Assembly: GCA_963422205.2 (NCBI GenBank)
Contig: CAXMWX010000009.1
Location: forward strand, 32,001-96,000
DNA length: 64,000 bases
Reading direction: 5' to 3'
Origin: Gammaproteobacteria bacterium
GTDB taxonomy: Bacteria > Pseudomonadota > Gammaproteobacteria > Eutrophobiales > Eutrophobiaceae
This document shows, piece after piece, positions 20,575 through 30,733 of the stretch. The notes beneath the pieces were generated by a model, which saw only the letters and a program-made list of their open reading frames with translations, was not told the DNA's origin and searched no databases. Position 1 is the first letter of the stretch. Every line of letters begins with the position of its first letter. The position numbers were made by a program, and so were the translations under genes.

Positions 20575-20697
20575 CTACACGCCTGCCGCCACCCATTGCC
20601 TCTTGCGATGGACTGCTATCGCCCCACTCAACACCGACACACCGACATCTTTCAGTCGACGGGTAAATTTCAGCGTATCAAACATCACGGCGCTCAT
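20575..20697 (-). pseudogene. Truncated DUF1640/CCDC90-family remnant
   Basis: Manual translation MSAVMFDTLKFTRRLKDVGVS matches MSQVAFDTLKFTETLKQAGVS of the genes at 27.5-28.3 kb, then diverges and stops at 40 aa. Confidence 0.75.
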
Positions 20698-20895
20698 CGC
20701 TCTGCCTCACCTGGTCGGGACGCTGATACTAGCATACATACCGCATGGCGTGCAGCCGCAGTCACTGCAATGACCCGGCAGCCAAGGCACATACAAACAA
20801 GAACCCTCTGATCAGCACCCCCCGCTATAAGCATCACGTATCCCACCATCCCTGGCCTATTTTCGAGCGACCGTAAGGCTCTATTGCAGTAGCAC

Positions 20896-21113
20896 ATAGA
20901 TTCTTCGCTCGAAAACCTGTTCCCGACGTTTTCTACCTCGATAATGTGTTCCTGACATTCTCTACCTCCTACATCCCTGTAGTCGTTCGCTCAGAATGAC
21001 GTGCTGCTTGTCACATCCTGAGCAGTTGCCCTCCCTCTCGTCATCCTGAGGAACAAAGTGACGAAGGATCTATCACACAGAACCATAGATTCTTCGCTAC
21101 GCTCAGAATGACG
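20896..21113. repeat. REP-like palindromic elements (one intact at 21039..21113, one right arm interrupted at 20896..21001)
   Basis: CGTCATCCTGAG..GAAGGATCTAT..ATAGATTCTTCGCTACGCTCAGAATGACG inverted arms; the right arm ATAGATTCTTCGCT..CGCTCAGAATGACG recurs upstream. Confidence 0.75.
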
Positions 21114-21159
21114 GGTTACTGCCATCCTGAGCAGTCGCCCCTGCGTCATCCCACCCCAC

Positions 21160-24100
21160 CTAATAGGCATACTCCAACCTGACAATCCCACTCAAGGCCC
21201 GCTCACTCACCTCCCCCACATCATGGTTGTATTCCACATCGACCAGCAGCTTGAGATTATCACGGAGCTCGTGCCGACCATCCACACCGACATACAGGCT
21301 GTGTACGCTCTTATCCGCATCGCTGGCATAGCTGAAGCTCGCCCCACTCAAAGTCCCTTCAAAGTCACTGCTGTCGGTGAAGCGGCTCTGTAATCCTAAG
21401 CGCAGCCCCAGCCCGCTGTTACTCTTCGGCAGCGCCCAGTCGCCACCCAGTTGCAGCCGGGTGGTCAGGTTATGGGCCGTGCGGCTATCAACGCTAAGAT
21501 TAAACCCCGCTGCCCCCCGCTCGGTGTAGTCCCCATAGAAGGCGGCGGTGTAGCTCATGCTCAGGGAGGGAGTGAGACGAAAGGTTGCCCGGCCGGACAG
21601 GGCCTCTACCCTATAGCTCTGGCTGACTGTCAGGGACGGGTTGATAAAGAAGCTGTGGGTGCTGGTTTCGGCAGTTTGTCTTTGCTGGGGGATAAAGCGC
21701 TGATTGTCATGCTCTTCATAGCCTAAGTTCAGCCCCACATCCACCGCCAGTCCAGCCAGGTCAAGACGGCCATACACTCCCCCGAAGAGGCTGCCGGTCT
21801 CGACATTCAGCGCCGTGATGTGGGTGCTGACATCGGCATCGGCATAGCCCAGCATCAACCCCAGCACGGCCTCCTGCCCATAACGCTGCTCGGCCCCGAA
21901 CAACACGCCCCGGTACTCATGGGAGTAGGACAGGGTGCGGCCATCCCGTCCCCGTTGCCGGTCAGAAGCAAACAATTCTCCCCAGATGAGCGGGTCTTCT
22001 CCCCTGGCCAGCATCCCCGGCAGCAGGGCGGTGGCGGCCACCTGCACCGGTGGGCGGGCAGCACGGCGATAAGCGGACAGCCGTTGACTGATGAGGGTGT
22101 TGATGGTGGTGGTCAGAGCGCCCACGGCAGAGGCTTGTACGGACGGGCCGGTGGGGTCAACATAGACATAGCTCTCGACCTGGCTCTGGAAGCGGTCACG
22201 GGCGGCTGCCCTGGCAGGCTCATCGGGCAGGGTGGTCGGGTCAGGGAGTGCTGGCGGGGTCGGTGTGACGGTGGCCGGTCGGGTGGCGGTGGCGGGCTGA
22301 CAGGCTGTCCCCGTGGCCTCACAATAGGCCGCCGCCAACACCGCAAAGTCGGTCGGGGATGGGGGTGGGGGTGTGGCTGTGCCGCCTGTGGGCGGTGGTG
22401 TTGTGCCTGTCCCCGTGCCTGTGCCTGGGGTGGGCGGTGTCGTTGTCCCTGTCCCCGTGCCGGTGGTGAGCGGTGGGGGTGTGCCTGTGCCGCCTGTGGG
22501 CGGTGGTGTTGTGCCTGTCCCCGTGCCTGTGCCTGGGGTGGGCGGTGTCGTTGTCCCTGTCCCCGTGCCTGTGCCTGGGGTGGGTGTGCCTGGCGGTGGC
22601 GGGGTGATGGGTTGGCTGTCCGTTCCCGTAGCAGGCGGCATGGGACCCACCGGAGCGACCGGCATCGGATTCACAGGAGTTATCGGCATTGGAGGCACTA
22701 CAGGAGGAACCACGGGAGCCGGTGGCTGAGGCATCGGAACCACCGGTGGCACTACCGGAGCCACAGGGCGAGGCGCAAATCCTCTTGCCCCATTGTTTTC
22801 GGTTATCGCCACTACCGGCAGGTTGGTCAGCAGTTCTGTCTCACCATTGACGTTCTCAAAGTTGCGGAAGCGGAAGATGGTGGTGGCACTGGCCTCGGTG
22901 AACAGTTGCAGGCCATTCAGGGTGTCCATGCCGGGGCCACCATCGGCCAGACCAAAGAAGCGCACATCGGCACTGGCAAAGGTCAGGGTATCATCGCCTG
23001 TCCCCAGGGTAATATCACCGACCAGCCGGGCATCCCCGTCCAGGATGACCGTATCATTGCCATCGCCGCCAGTGAGGTTGCCTGTGAGGGTACCGGCGCT
23101 CAGGGTGAAGCTGTCATCGCCCGCCCCACCATCAAGGTTGCCGGTGTGGTCGGTGCTGATGGTGAAGGTATCCATCATCGCCCCGCCGGTCAGGTTCTCG
23201 ATGTTGCGGAAGGTGAGGGTTTCCGCATTCTGTCCGCTGCCGGTGGTGTAGGTCGCATCCATGCCGCCGTCTATCTCCCAGGTGGCATCGGCATCATAGC
23301 CGGTGAGGGTATCCATACCCGTGCCGCCGGTCAGGGTGTTGATGTCACTGACCGTGCCGGTGATGCCGGTGGCCCCGCCCATGGTGGTGGTAAAGCCATT
23401 GGCGGCGCTGGAAGCCAGGGTCACGCTGACGGCCGTGCTGCGGTTGGCATAAGAGGGGGTGTCGCTGTCCGCACCGAGGGACACATTGCCATTGAGGAAG
23501 CCGCCGGTGTTGAGGGTGAGGGTCAGCACATCATCGCCGGGCCCGCCGGTCAGATTGCCCGTGATTAGCCCGCTCAGGTTGAAGCGGTCATCGCCTGCCC
23601 CGCCATTGATGTCGATATCGTCGTTGAAGCCCACATTGAAGGTATCGTTGCCCGTGCCACCGGTGAATTGTTCAAAATGGAATAATCCCAGGCTGCGGGT
23701 GGTTGTGCCTTCGGTCACGGCATACCGTATGCCCTGGCTATCCGACGTCCAGGTGGCGTTCCGGTTCAGGCCGATCAGGTTGTGGACTGCGCCGCCGGTT
23801 GGGGGGTCGTTGGCAGCAAGTGAATTTACGCCCCGGAACCCGCCCGTAATCGCCGAGTGGGTGCCGGAAAAGCCGGTGGCATCGCTGCCGGTGAGGGTGA
23901 AGTCGCCCGAGCCCAGGTTGTTAAATTGCAGAAAATCCCCGCCGCCTGCCCCCAGATTAACGACACCGGTGAGGGTGACAGAGCCATAAAGGGCGACGAT
24001 GTCATCGCCCGCGCTGCTGTTGATATTGCCGCGGTGGTTGGTGCGGATCTCAAAGGTGTCCGCCATCGCGCCGCCGGTGAGGTTTTCAAAGCCGGAGAAG

Positions 24101-27100
24101 GTGAGGCTGCGCGCATTTTGCCCCGTGCCAGTGCCGTAGGTGTTGCCCGCTGTGGCGACTGTCCAGGTGGCGGCCACGTTATAGCCGGTGAGGGCATCGT
24201 CCATCGCACTACCAGCGGTCAGGGTATTCACACCAGTGAAGCCGCCGGTGTCGGTGGCACTGCCCGCAAAACCATCGGCATCGCTGCCGGTCAGGGTGAC
24301 GGCCACTATGGTGCTGCGGTTGCCGTAAGAGAAGCTGTCGCTGCCTGCACCGAGGGCCACGGTGCCAGTGAGGCTGCCGCCGGTGTTGATGGTAAAGGCA
24401 TCATCGCCATCCCCGCCGTTAAGGTTGCCAAACAGGGCGTTGCTCAAGGTAAAGACATCATCGCCTGCCCCGCCACTGAGGCTGCCGATGTAGAACGTAC
24501 TGACGTCAAAGGTATCGGCCATGGCCCCGCCGGCGAGGTCTTCAAAATTGGTGAAGCTGATGGTCGGGTTGCTGCTGCCCGCCGGGTCATAGGTCTCACT
24601 CGCCCCGCCATCCAGCGTCCAGGTGGCATCGGTGTTATAGCCAGTGAGGGCATCGTCCATCGCACTACCAGCGGTCAGGGTATTCACGCCGGTGAAGCCG
24701 CCGGTGTCGGTGGCACTGCCCGCAAAACCATCGACATCGTTGCCGGTCAGGGCGACGGCCACCATCGTGCTGCGGGCGCTGTAGTCCAGAGTATCGCTGC
24801 CCGCGCCCAAGCTGAGGCTGCCGGTGAGGCGGCCAGTGTCCTGCAAGCGCAGCAGATCATTGCCATCGCCGCCAGTGAGGTTGCCTGTGAGGGTACCGGC
24901 GCTCAGGGTGAAGCTGTCATCGCCCGCCCCACCATCAAGGTTGCCGGTGTGGTCGGTGCTGATGGTGAAGGTATCCATCATCGCCCCGCCGGTCAGGTTC
25001 TCGATGTTGCGGAAGGTGAGGGTTTCCGCATTCTGTCCGCTGCCGGTGGTGTAGGTCGCATCCATGCCGCCGTCTATCTCCCAGGTGGCATCGGCATCAT
25101 AGCCGGTGAGGGTATCCATACCCGTGCCGCCGGTCAGGGTGTTGATGTCACTGACCGTGCCGGTGATGCCGGTGGCCCCGCCCATGGTGGTGGTAAAGCC
25201 ATTGGCGGCGCTGGAAGCCAGGGTCACGCTGACGGCCGTGCTGCGGTTGGCATAAGAGGGGGTGTCGCTGTCCGCACCGAGGGACACATTGCCATTGAGG
25301 AAGCCGCCGGTGTTGAGGGTGAGGGTCAGCACATCATCGCCGGGCCCGCCGGTCAGATTGCCCGTGATTAGCCCGCTCAGGTTGAAGCGGTCATCGCCCC
25401 GCCGGTCAGGTTCTCGATATTGCGGAAGCGCAGGGTTTCCGCATTCTGTCCGCTGCCCGTGGTGTAGGTCTCATCCATGCCGCCATCGAGCGTCCAGGTG
25501 GCATCGGCATCCCTGCCCGCTAAGGTATCCACCCCCGCACCGCCAGTGAGATTCTCAAAGTTGCGGAAGGTGAGCCTCTGCCCCTCTGCCTCATAGGTGT
25601 TAGCGCCCAGCGTCCAGGTGGCATCGGCATCATAGCCGGTAAGGGCATCGTCCGTGGCACTGCCAGCGGTCAGGGCATTGACGCCGGAAAAACCGCCGGT
25701 GTCGGTGGCATCGCCCGCAAAACCGTCAGCATCACTGCCGTTGAGGGCCACGCTCACCGCCGCACTGCGGTTGCCGTAGGAGAGGGTATCGCTACCCGCA
25801 CCGAGGTCAACATTGCCCGCGATACTGCCGCCGGTGTTGAGAATCAGGGTATCATTGCCCACCCCACCGGTGAGGCCGCCCGTGACTGCCGCGCTAAGGG
25901 CGAACATATCATTCCCTGCCCCGCCGGTCACCATGCCGGTGATGCTGCTGCCGGTGTTGAAGAGCAGCCTATCCGCCCCGGCGCCGAGATCAATATCGCC
26001 GGTGATAGCAGCGCCATTGAGCAGCAGCCGAATGCTGGTGTTACTGCTATCGCGAATGGCGGCGGCGATACCGTCGGTGCTGATCCCGCCGGTAATGCGG
26101 ATTTCGCCGCCGTTGGTTGTATCGCCATCCACATCGGCCAGGGCGAGGTTGGCGTCACTAAGTTGCAGGCCCACCGCATTGGCACCGGTGACCTCGATAC
26201 GCCCGCCTAAATCCAGCGCCACTGGGGCGGTATTGGTGGCACCAATGGTATTGTCAATCAAGATGCCGTGGGCGCCAGCGCCGGTGGTACTGATCAGGCT
26301 GTCGGCGTAGGTGGTGATGCGGCCGATATTGGTTGTCGCCGCGTTCCCGTCGGCAAAAAGGCGGATGCCGTGGGAGTCAGGGCCCTGGGTGAGAATACGG
26401 GCGTTATTGCTGGCGGTCGTCTCATCAAAGCTGATGCCAGTCCCCGAAGTACCTAGGGTGATATTGGCGTTTTCCCCGGCAATGCTTATACCGTAACCTC
26501 TGGAGGTGCTGGCATTGGCGGGGCAGGCGGCGGTGTCCGCCCGCAGACAGGTGTTGGTTTCCAGCAGGCCACCGCTCATGATGTGGATGGTGGCATTATT
26601 AATAGCGCCAAAGTTCGTGCTCCTGATAGCGCTCCTGCCGCTGACTGCCCCCACCCTGCGGCCCTCGGTGGTGATGGTGCCGGCCACAGTGATGGTGACG
26701 TTGTTAGTACGGCTTCCAAATTCCACGGCATGGTTGTGGGTGCTGCGGATGCGCCCACCCATATCCAGGTTCAGCCTGGTATGAGCGCCCTCTATAAACA
26801 CCGCTGCGGAATCGTCGCCGGTGCTTTGCAAATCCAACAGGCCAGTGCTGCGAATGCGGACGGTGTTCGGATTGGTGCTCGTACCATCAGCTTGCGCCCA
26901 GAGCGCACTGCGACCAGAAGTGCTGCCCATCAGCCGCAGGGTGCCACTGATATCCAGGCTGAGGTCAGTGCCACTATTAAGATGCACGGCCTGCGGCCTG
27001 TTCACGCTATCGGCTTCCAGGGTTTGTCCTGTGGGTACGTTGCCGGTTTGATTGTTCCCATCCAGGGTGTAGAAGGGATTTCCGGTAGCATCCGGGGGTG

Positions 27101-27440
27101 TCGAGTTATCGCCTGCGGTAAAGGAAACGGCCAGAGCGGTGTTGCAAGGCCGGTCAAGGCAAAGAGACAGAGCAAATAGCCTGTGGCGCGGCGGGATTTG
27201 GTGGGGGAATGGGGGCGCTGTTCTGGATGGCAGCACTGCTTCCGGTTGTGAGATTTTTTAGGTAGGTTAGTTAAGCGCTTGTTTTTATTTGTGATTTCTG
27301 GGGGTGGGGGGGTAGATTGATAAACCGCAGGCAGTAGAGAAGCGGCGGCTCAACTGTTGATTATCTGGCACGGCGGTGGCGTCAAGGTGTTCGCTGGTGG
27401 GGTGGTTTATCATGGTCATGCTTATCATCGGTATCTGCAT
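21160..27440 (-). CDS. Giant RTX-like-repeat autotransporter adhesin (type Va), frameshifted in this assembly (ORFs 25377..27236 and 21160..25332 plus an upstream leader)
   Basis: GGAGDD/GGDGND Gly-Asp repeats, Pro/Thr linker, C-terminal beta-barrel ending VRLEYAY; GGAG RBS + ATG at 27440; signal-peptide-like segment in a shifted frame. Confidence 0.8.
22377..22569. repeat. ~85-bp direct repeat with 108-bp period in the Pro/Thr linker
   Basis: 22377..22461 equals 22485..22569; encodes GTGTGTTTPPTPGTGTGTGTTPPPTGGT. Confidence 0.85.
23053..25398. repeat. 543-bp direct repeat (23053..23595 and 24856..25398)
   Basis: Apparently identical copies 1803 bp apart; identical peptide LTLTLNTGGF..LTGGDGND in both. 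Confidence 0.9.
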
Positions 27441-27491
27441 TGTTGTCTTAGCTCCGTTGTCGTTGTTTGATGCGCCACAGCAAATAAACCA

Positions 27492-27758
27492 TTATTTCTG
27501 AAGCAAAATAAATAGTATACCCGAGCTCAAGGCCAGATTAAAACCAATCATCCACTTTAGCAGACGTTGCTCTGCCTTTACGTCCTGTATCTCGTCTTTT
27601 AGCTTCTGAATATCCGCCTTGGTCGCCACCTGCGTATTCAGGGCTTCACTAAAAGCGCCCTGAATGGCGATGGCTTCGGCCTTGGCCTGCTGTTCAGGAA
27701 CGCCGGCCTGTTTCAGGGTCTCGGTAAACTTCAATGTGTCAAAGGCGACTTGGCTCAT
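27492..27758 (-). CDS. DUF1640/CCDC90-family coiled-coil membrane-anchored protein (short paralog)
   Basis: FDT head motif, ATKADI neck, short coiled coil, C-terminal TM (LKWMIG..). Confidence 0.85.
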   Translation of the reverse strand: MSQVAFDTLKFTETLKQAGVPEQQAKAEAIAIQGAFSEALNTQVATKADIQKLKDEIQDVKAEQRLLKWMIGFNLALSSGILFILLQK

Positions 27759-27863
27759 AGGGTCATCGTCTCATTTTTGCAGTGGTGTTGGTTCGGGAAT
27801 TTGTCATGGTTGCTTTCCTGTCGTTTGTTGAATTTGGGTTATTTGTCATTGGTGCTTGTCGGG

Positions 27864-28316
27864 TTACTGGCTGAACAGCTTCCAGAACATGGCCAGGGTA
27901 AAAGCCAGATTGAAACCAACCATCCAGTGAACCAAATTAATCTTGGCCGTTAGTTTGGTGTCTACGGCGTCAATCCTGGCCGTTAGCTCGGTATCCACGG
28001 TGTCAATCCTGGCCGTTAGCCCGGTATCCAGGTTATCCATCCTGGCGCCCAGTTTGGTTACGTCATCCTTCAAGCCTTGCGTATCTTTTTTCACCTCGTC
28101 CTTGAATGCCTGCATGTCATCTTTTATCTCCTCTTTGAATGCCTGCACGTCGTCCTTCAGCTTCTGAATATCCGCCTTGGTCGCCACCTGGGTGTTCAGG
28201 GCTTCACTAAAAGCACCCTGAATGGCGATGGCTTCGGCCTTGGCGTGCTGCTCGGAGACACCGGCTTGTTTCAGGGTCTCGGTAAACTTCAATGTGTCAA
28301 AGGCGACTTGGCTCAT
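27864..28316 (-). CDS. DUF1640/CCDC90-family protein (long-stalk paralog)
   Basis: First ~55 aa nearly identical to the neighbour; 11-aa stalk repeats; C-terminal TM. Confidence 0.85.
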   Translation of the reverse strand: MSQVAFDTLKFTETLKQAGVSEQHAKAEAIAIQGAFSEALNTQVATKADIQKLKDDVQAFKEEIKDDMQAFKDEVKKDTQGLKDDVTKLGARMDNLDTGLTARIDTVDTELTARIDAVDTKLTAKINLVHWMVGFNLAFTLAMFWKLFSQ

Positions 28317-28435
28317 GGGGTCATCGTCTCATTGTTGCAGTGGTGTTGGTGCGGGAATTTGTCATGGTTGTGCTGCTGCTGTTTGTCTGCTGTTCGTTGG
28401 GTTGGCTATTGTAGGTGAGTCTGGAATGATATCAA

Positions 28436-28723
28436 TCAGGCCACCGCCCTTGCCACAATGGCCTCGCGCAACCCGTCCAGCAGCCCTTCCAGGTGTGCCG
28501 TGCGCTCGCGCAACGCGTTGATGTCCTTGCGGACTGCCGTGATTTCTTCCTGCAAGCGATCTTCCATCTGCCGCATATCCTCACGCAGGACTTTCATATC
28601 CGTCTGCCATCGATCTTCCATGCGGCGGGTATCGGCTCGAAGCCAGGCCACCAAGCCAATCATCAGGCCGGCCAGGGATACTCCTGTGCCGACAGTCGTC
28701 ATCATCAAGGTCGCCATGTTCAT
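28436..28723 (-). CDS. Small N-terminally anchored coiled-coil protein
   Basis: Hydrophobic N-terminus, repeated MEDR coiled coil, ERTAHLEGLLDGL tail; same orientation as the DUF1640 genes. Confidence 0.7.
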   Translation of the reverse strand: MNMATLMMTTVGTGVSLAGLMIGLVAWLRADTRRMEDRWQTDMKVLREDMRQMEDRLQEEITAVRKDINALRERTAHLEGLLDGLREAIVARAVA

Positions 28724-28974
28724 GTCTGTGGTCTCTTGTTACTCAACGTAACAGCCCGTGCGGTGTTATTTGTCATGGGCGCGGGTCGGGCGTTTTTGTT
28801 CGATCATTGTAAGGTCAAAGCACGGATAAAGGCAATCATGCTGGCGGCTTTCCAGGGTCATGCCTCAGTGGCACGATGGGCCTTGTTCTTGCAAAGTGTT
28901 CCAGCAGCAGGCCAAAAACCGCCTCATCATTCGGCAATCATGATCAGTATGCACGAAGTGAATGCTTACTTATA

Positions 28975-29640
28975 CTAAGAGATAAGGCAAGCAAGGTCGG
29001 CAAGCCGTTCTGGTGTGCCAATGTCATGCCACTGGCCGTGATACAGCTCGCCTGAGACCTGGCCTGCCGTTATCTGCTGGCGCAGCAGCGGTGCCAGTGG
29101 AAATGCCCGTTGCCTGACAGCGCTGAACATCTCCGGCGAGTAAAGCCCGATGCCGCTGAAGGTATACCGCTCAAGGCCCTGGTTCTGCACCCGGCCATCC
29201 TGCAGGGCAAAATCGCCCGCCGGATGCTGTTCAGGATTCGGCACCAGAACGAGATGCGGCGGCGTGATGGCAGCGCACAGCAGCCGTGCAAACGGGTAAT
29301 CCGTCCAGATGTCGGCATTGATAGCAAGAAAGGGGGCGCTGCCGAGATAAGGCAGGGCCTGTTTGATGCCGCCACCTGTCTCCAGCGGCTCATCGCCTTC
29401 GGGCGAGTAGCGGATGGTAACCCCGAAACGCTCGCCCGTGCCGAAGTGCGCCTCGATCATCTCACCATAGCGTGCGTGATTAATCACGATATCCCGTATG
29501 CCGGCGGCGACGAGGGCTTCGATATGATATTGCAACAGGGGTTTGCCAGCGACCTGCAACAGGGGTTTCGGCAGCGCATCGGTCAAGGGGTGCATACGGC
29601 GGCCCTTACCGGCGGCCAGCAGCATGGCCTTCATTATCAT
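28975..29640 (-). CDS. murU: N-acetylmuramate-1-phosphate uridylyltransferase
   Basis: KAMLLAAGKGRRMHPLT..PKPLL, LETGGG, NPEQHPAGDF, WHDIGTPERL. Confidence 0.88.
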   Translation of the reverse strand: MIMKAMLLAAGKGRRMHPLTDALPKPLLQVAGKPLLQYHIEALVAAGIRDIVINHARYGEMIEAHFGTGERFGVTIRYSPEGDEPLETGGGIKQALPYLGSAPFLAINADIWTDYPFARLLCAAITPPHLVLVPNPEQHPAGDFALQDGRVQNQGLERYTFSGIGLYSPEMFSAVRQRAFPLAPLLRQQITAGQVSGELYHGQWHDIGTPERLADLACLIS

Positions 29641-29770
29641 CCATCCCTCCGCCTGGCGCAGGTTCTCTGATCCAACCGCAGCCAGAGCAATAACGCAAGA
29701 AAAACCGCACAGATGCTTTTACAGCAGCAGTGTATCTGGCATTATCGCTTAAAAAAGAGATACATACATC

Positions 29771-30730
29771 ATGTTACCTGCCTTTTTGTTCATGCTTGCC
29801 GGCCTTGTCTTTCTGGTATTTGGCGCCGATCGTTTCATCCTGGGCGCCGCTGGCACGGCCCGATGCTTAGGCGTTTCGCCGCTGATCATTGGCCTGACTA
29901 TCGTCGGTACAGCCACCTCGGCGCCGGAGGTGCTGGTTGGTGTGGTGGCAGCGCTGGACGGCAAGACCGCTATCGCCATCGGCAATGCCATCGGCTCGAA
30001 TATCGCCAATGTTGGCCTGGTGCTGGGCGCCACCGTGTTGTTCAAGCCGTTGCTGGTGCAATCAGACACGCTGCGGCGAGAATACTTGCTGATGCTTGCT
30101 GCCAGCCTGCTGGCGATGGCCCTGATGCTCGATGGCCGCCTGACTGCGCCGGACGGCCTGATATTACTCATCGCCCTGGGGCTGATGCTGGGCTGGGTCG
30201 TCTGGCTTGCCGGGCGCTCACAGCAGAATGATCCCTTGAAAAAAGACTTAGATCAGGAGTTTGGCAGCCGCCCGGATCTGGGCAAATCACTGCTGCTGGT
30301 GTTGTTCGGCCTGATTGTCCTGCTGCTGGGCGCTGAGATGCTGGTTGAGGGCGCCGTGTTTATCGCCCGCCGACTGGGCCTCAGCGAGCTGGTGATCGGG
30401 CTGACGATTATCGCTGTCGGCACCAGCCTGCCGGAGTTGGCCGCTTCCATTGCTGGCGTCATGAAGGGCGAGGCGGATATTGTCATCGGCAATATTATCG
30501 GCTCGAATATGTTTAATATGTTAATGGTGTTGGGCATTCCGGGTATCATCCATGAAGCTGATTTCGGCAGGGCTGTCATTTATCGTGATGCCGCCGTCAT
30601 GTTGCTGCTGATGCTCAGCATGGGCATCATGCTGTTACAGCACAGCAAAAACCGATTTGACCGGAAAGAGGGAGGGGCGTTGCTGCTCGTGTTCATTACC
30701 TATCAAACCCTGCTGTTAGTCAGCGCTTAA
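29771..30730 (+). CDS. yrbG: Ca2+/Na+ antiporter (YrbG family)
   Basis: Two alpha repeats (TSAPE / GTSLPE with GN..GSN); upstream of kdsD. Confidence 0.93.
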   Translation: MLPAFLFMLAGLVFLVFGADRFILGAAGTARCLGVSPLIIGLTIVGTATSAPEVLVGVVAALDGKTAIAIGNAIGSNIANVGLVLGATVLFKPLLVQSDTLRREYLLMLAASLLAMALMLDGRLTAPDGLILLIALGLMLGWVVWLAGRSQQNDPLKKDLDQEFGSRPDLGKSLLLVLFGLIVLLLGAEMLVEGAVFIARRLGLSELVIGLTIIAVGTSLPELAASIAGVMKGEADIVIGNIIGSNMFNMLMVLGIPGIIHEADFGRAVIYRDAAVMLLLMLSMGIMLLQHSKNRFDRKEGGALLLVFITYQTLLLVSA

Positions 30731-30733
30731 CCC

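Noticed and set aside
20896-21150. Possible CRISPR array
   Set aside because: No constant repeat with unique spacers of uniform length and no cas genes; better explained as REP-like palindromes.
21820-25371. Long plus-strand ORFs (582 aa, 504 aa) opposite the autotransporter
   Set aside because: Antisense shadows of a GC-rich repetitive gene; no motifs.
23053-25398. Diversity-generating retroelement TR/VR pair
   Set aside because: Copies appear identical, with no adenine-specific mismatches and no reverse transcriptase in the window.
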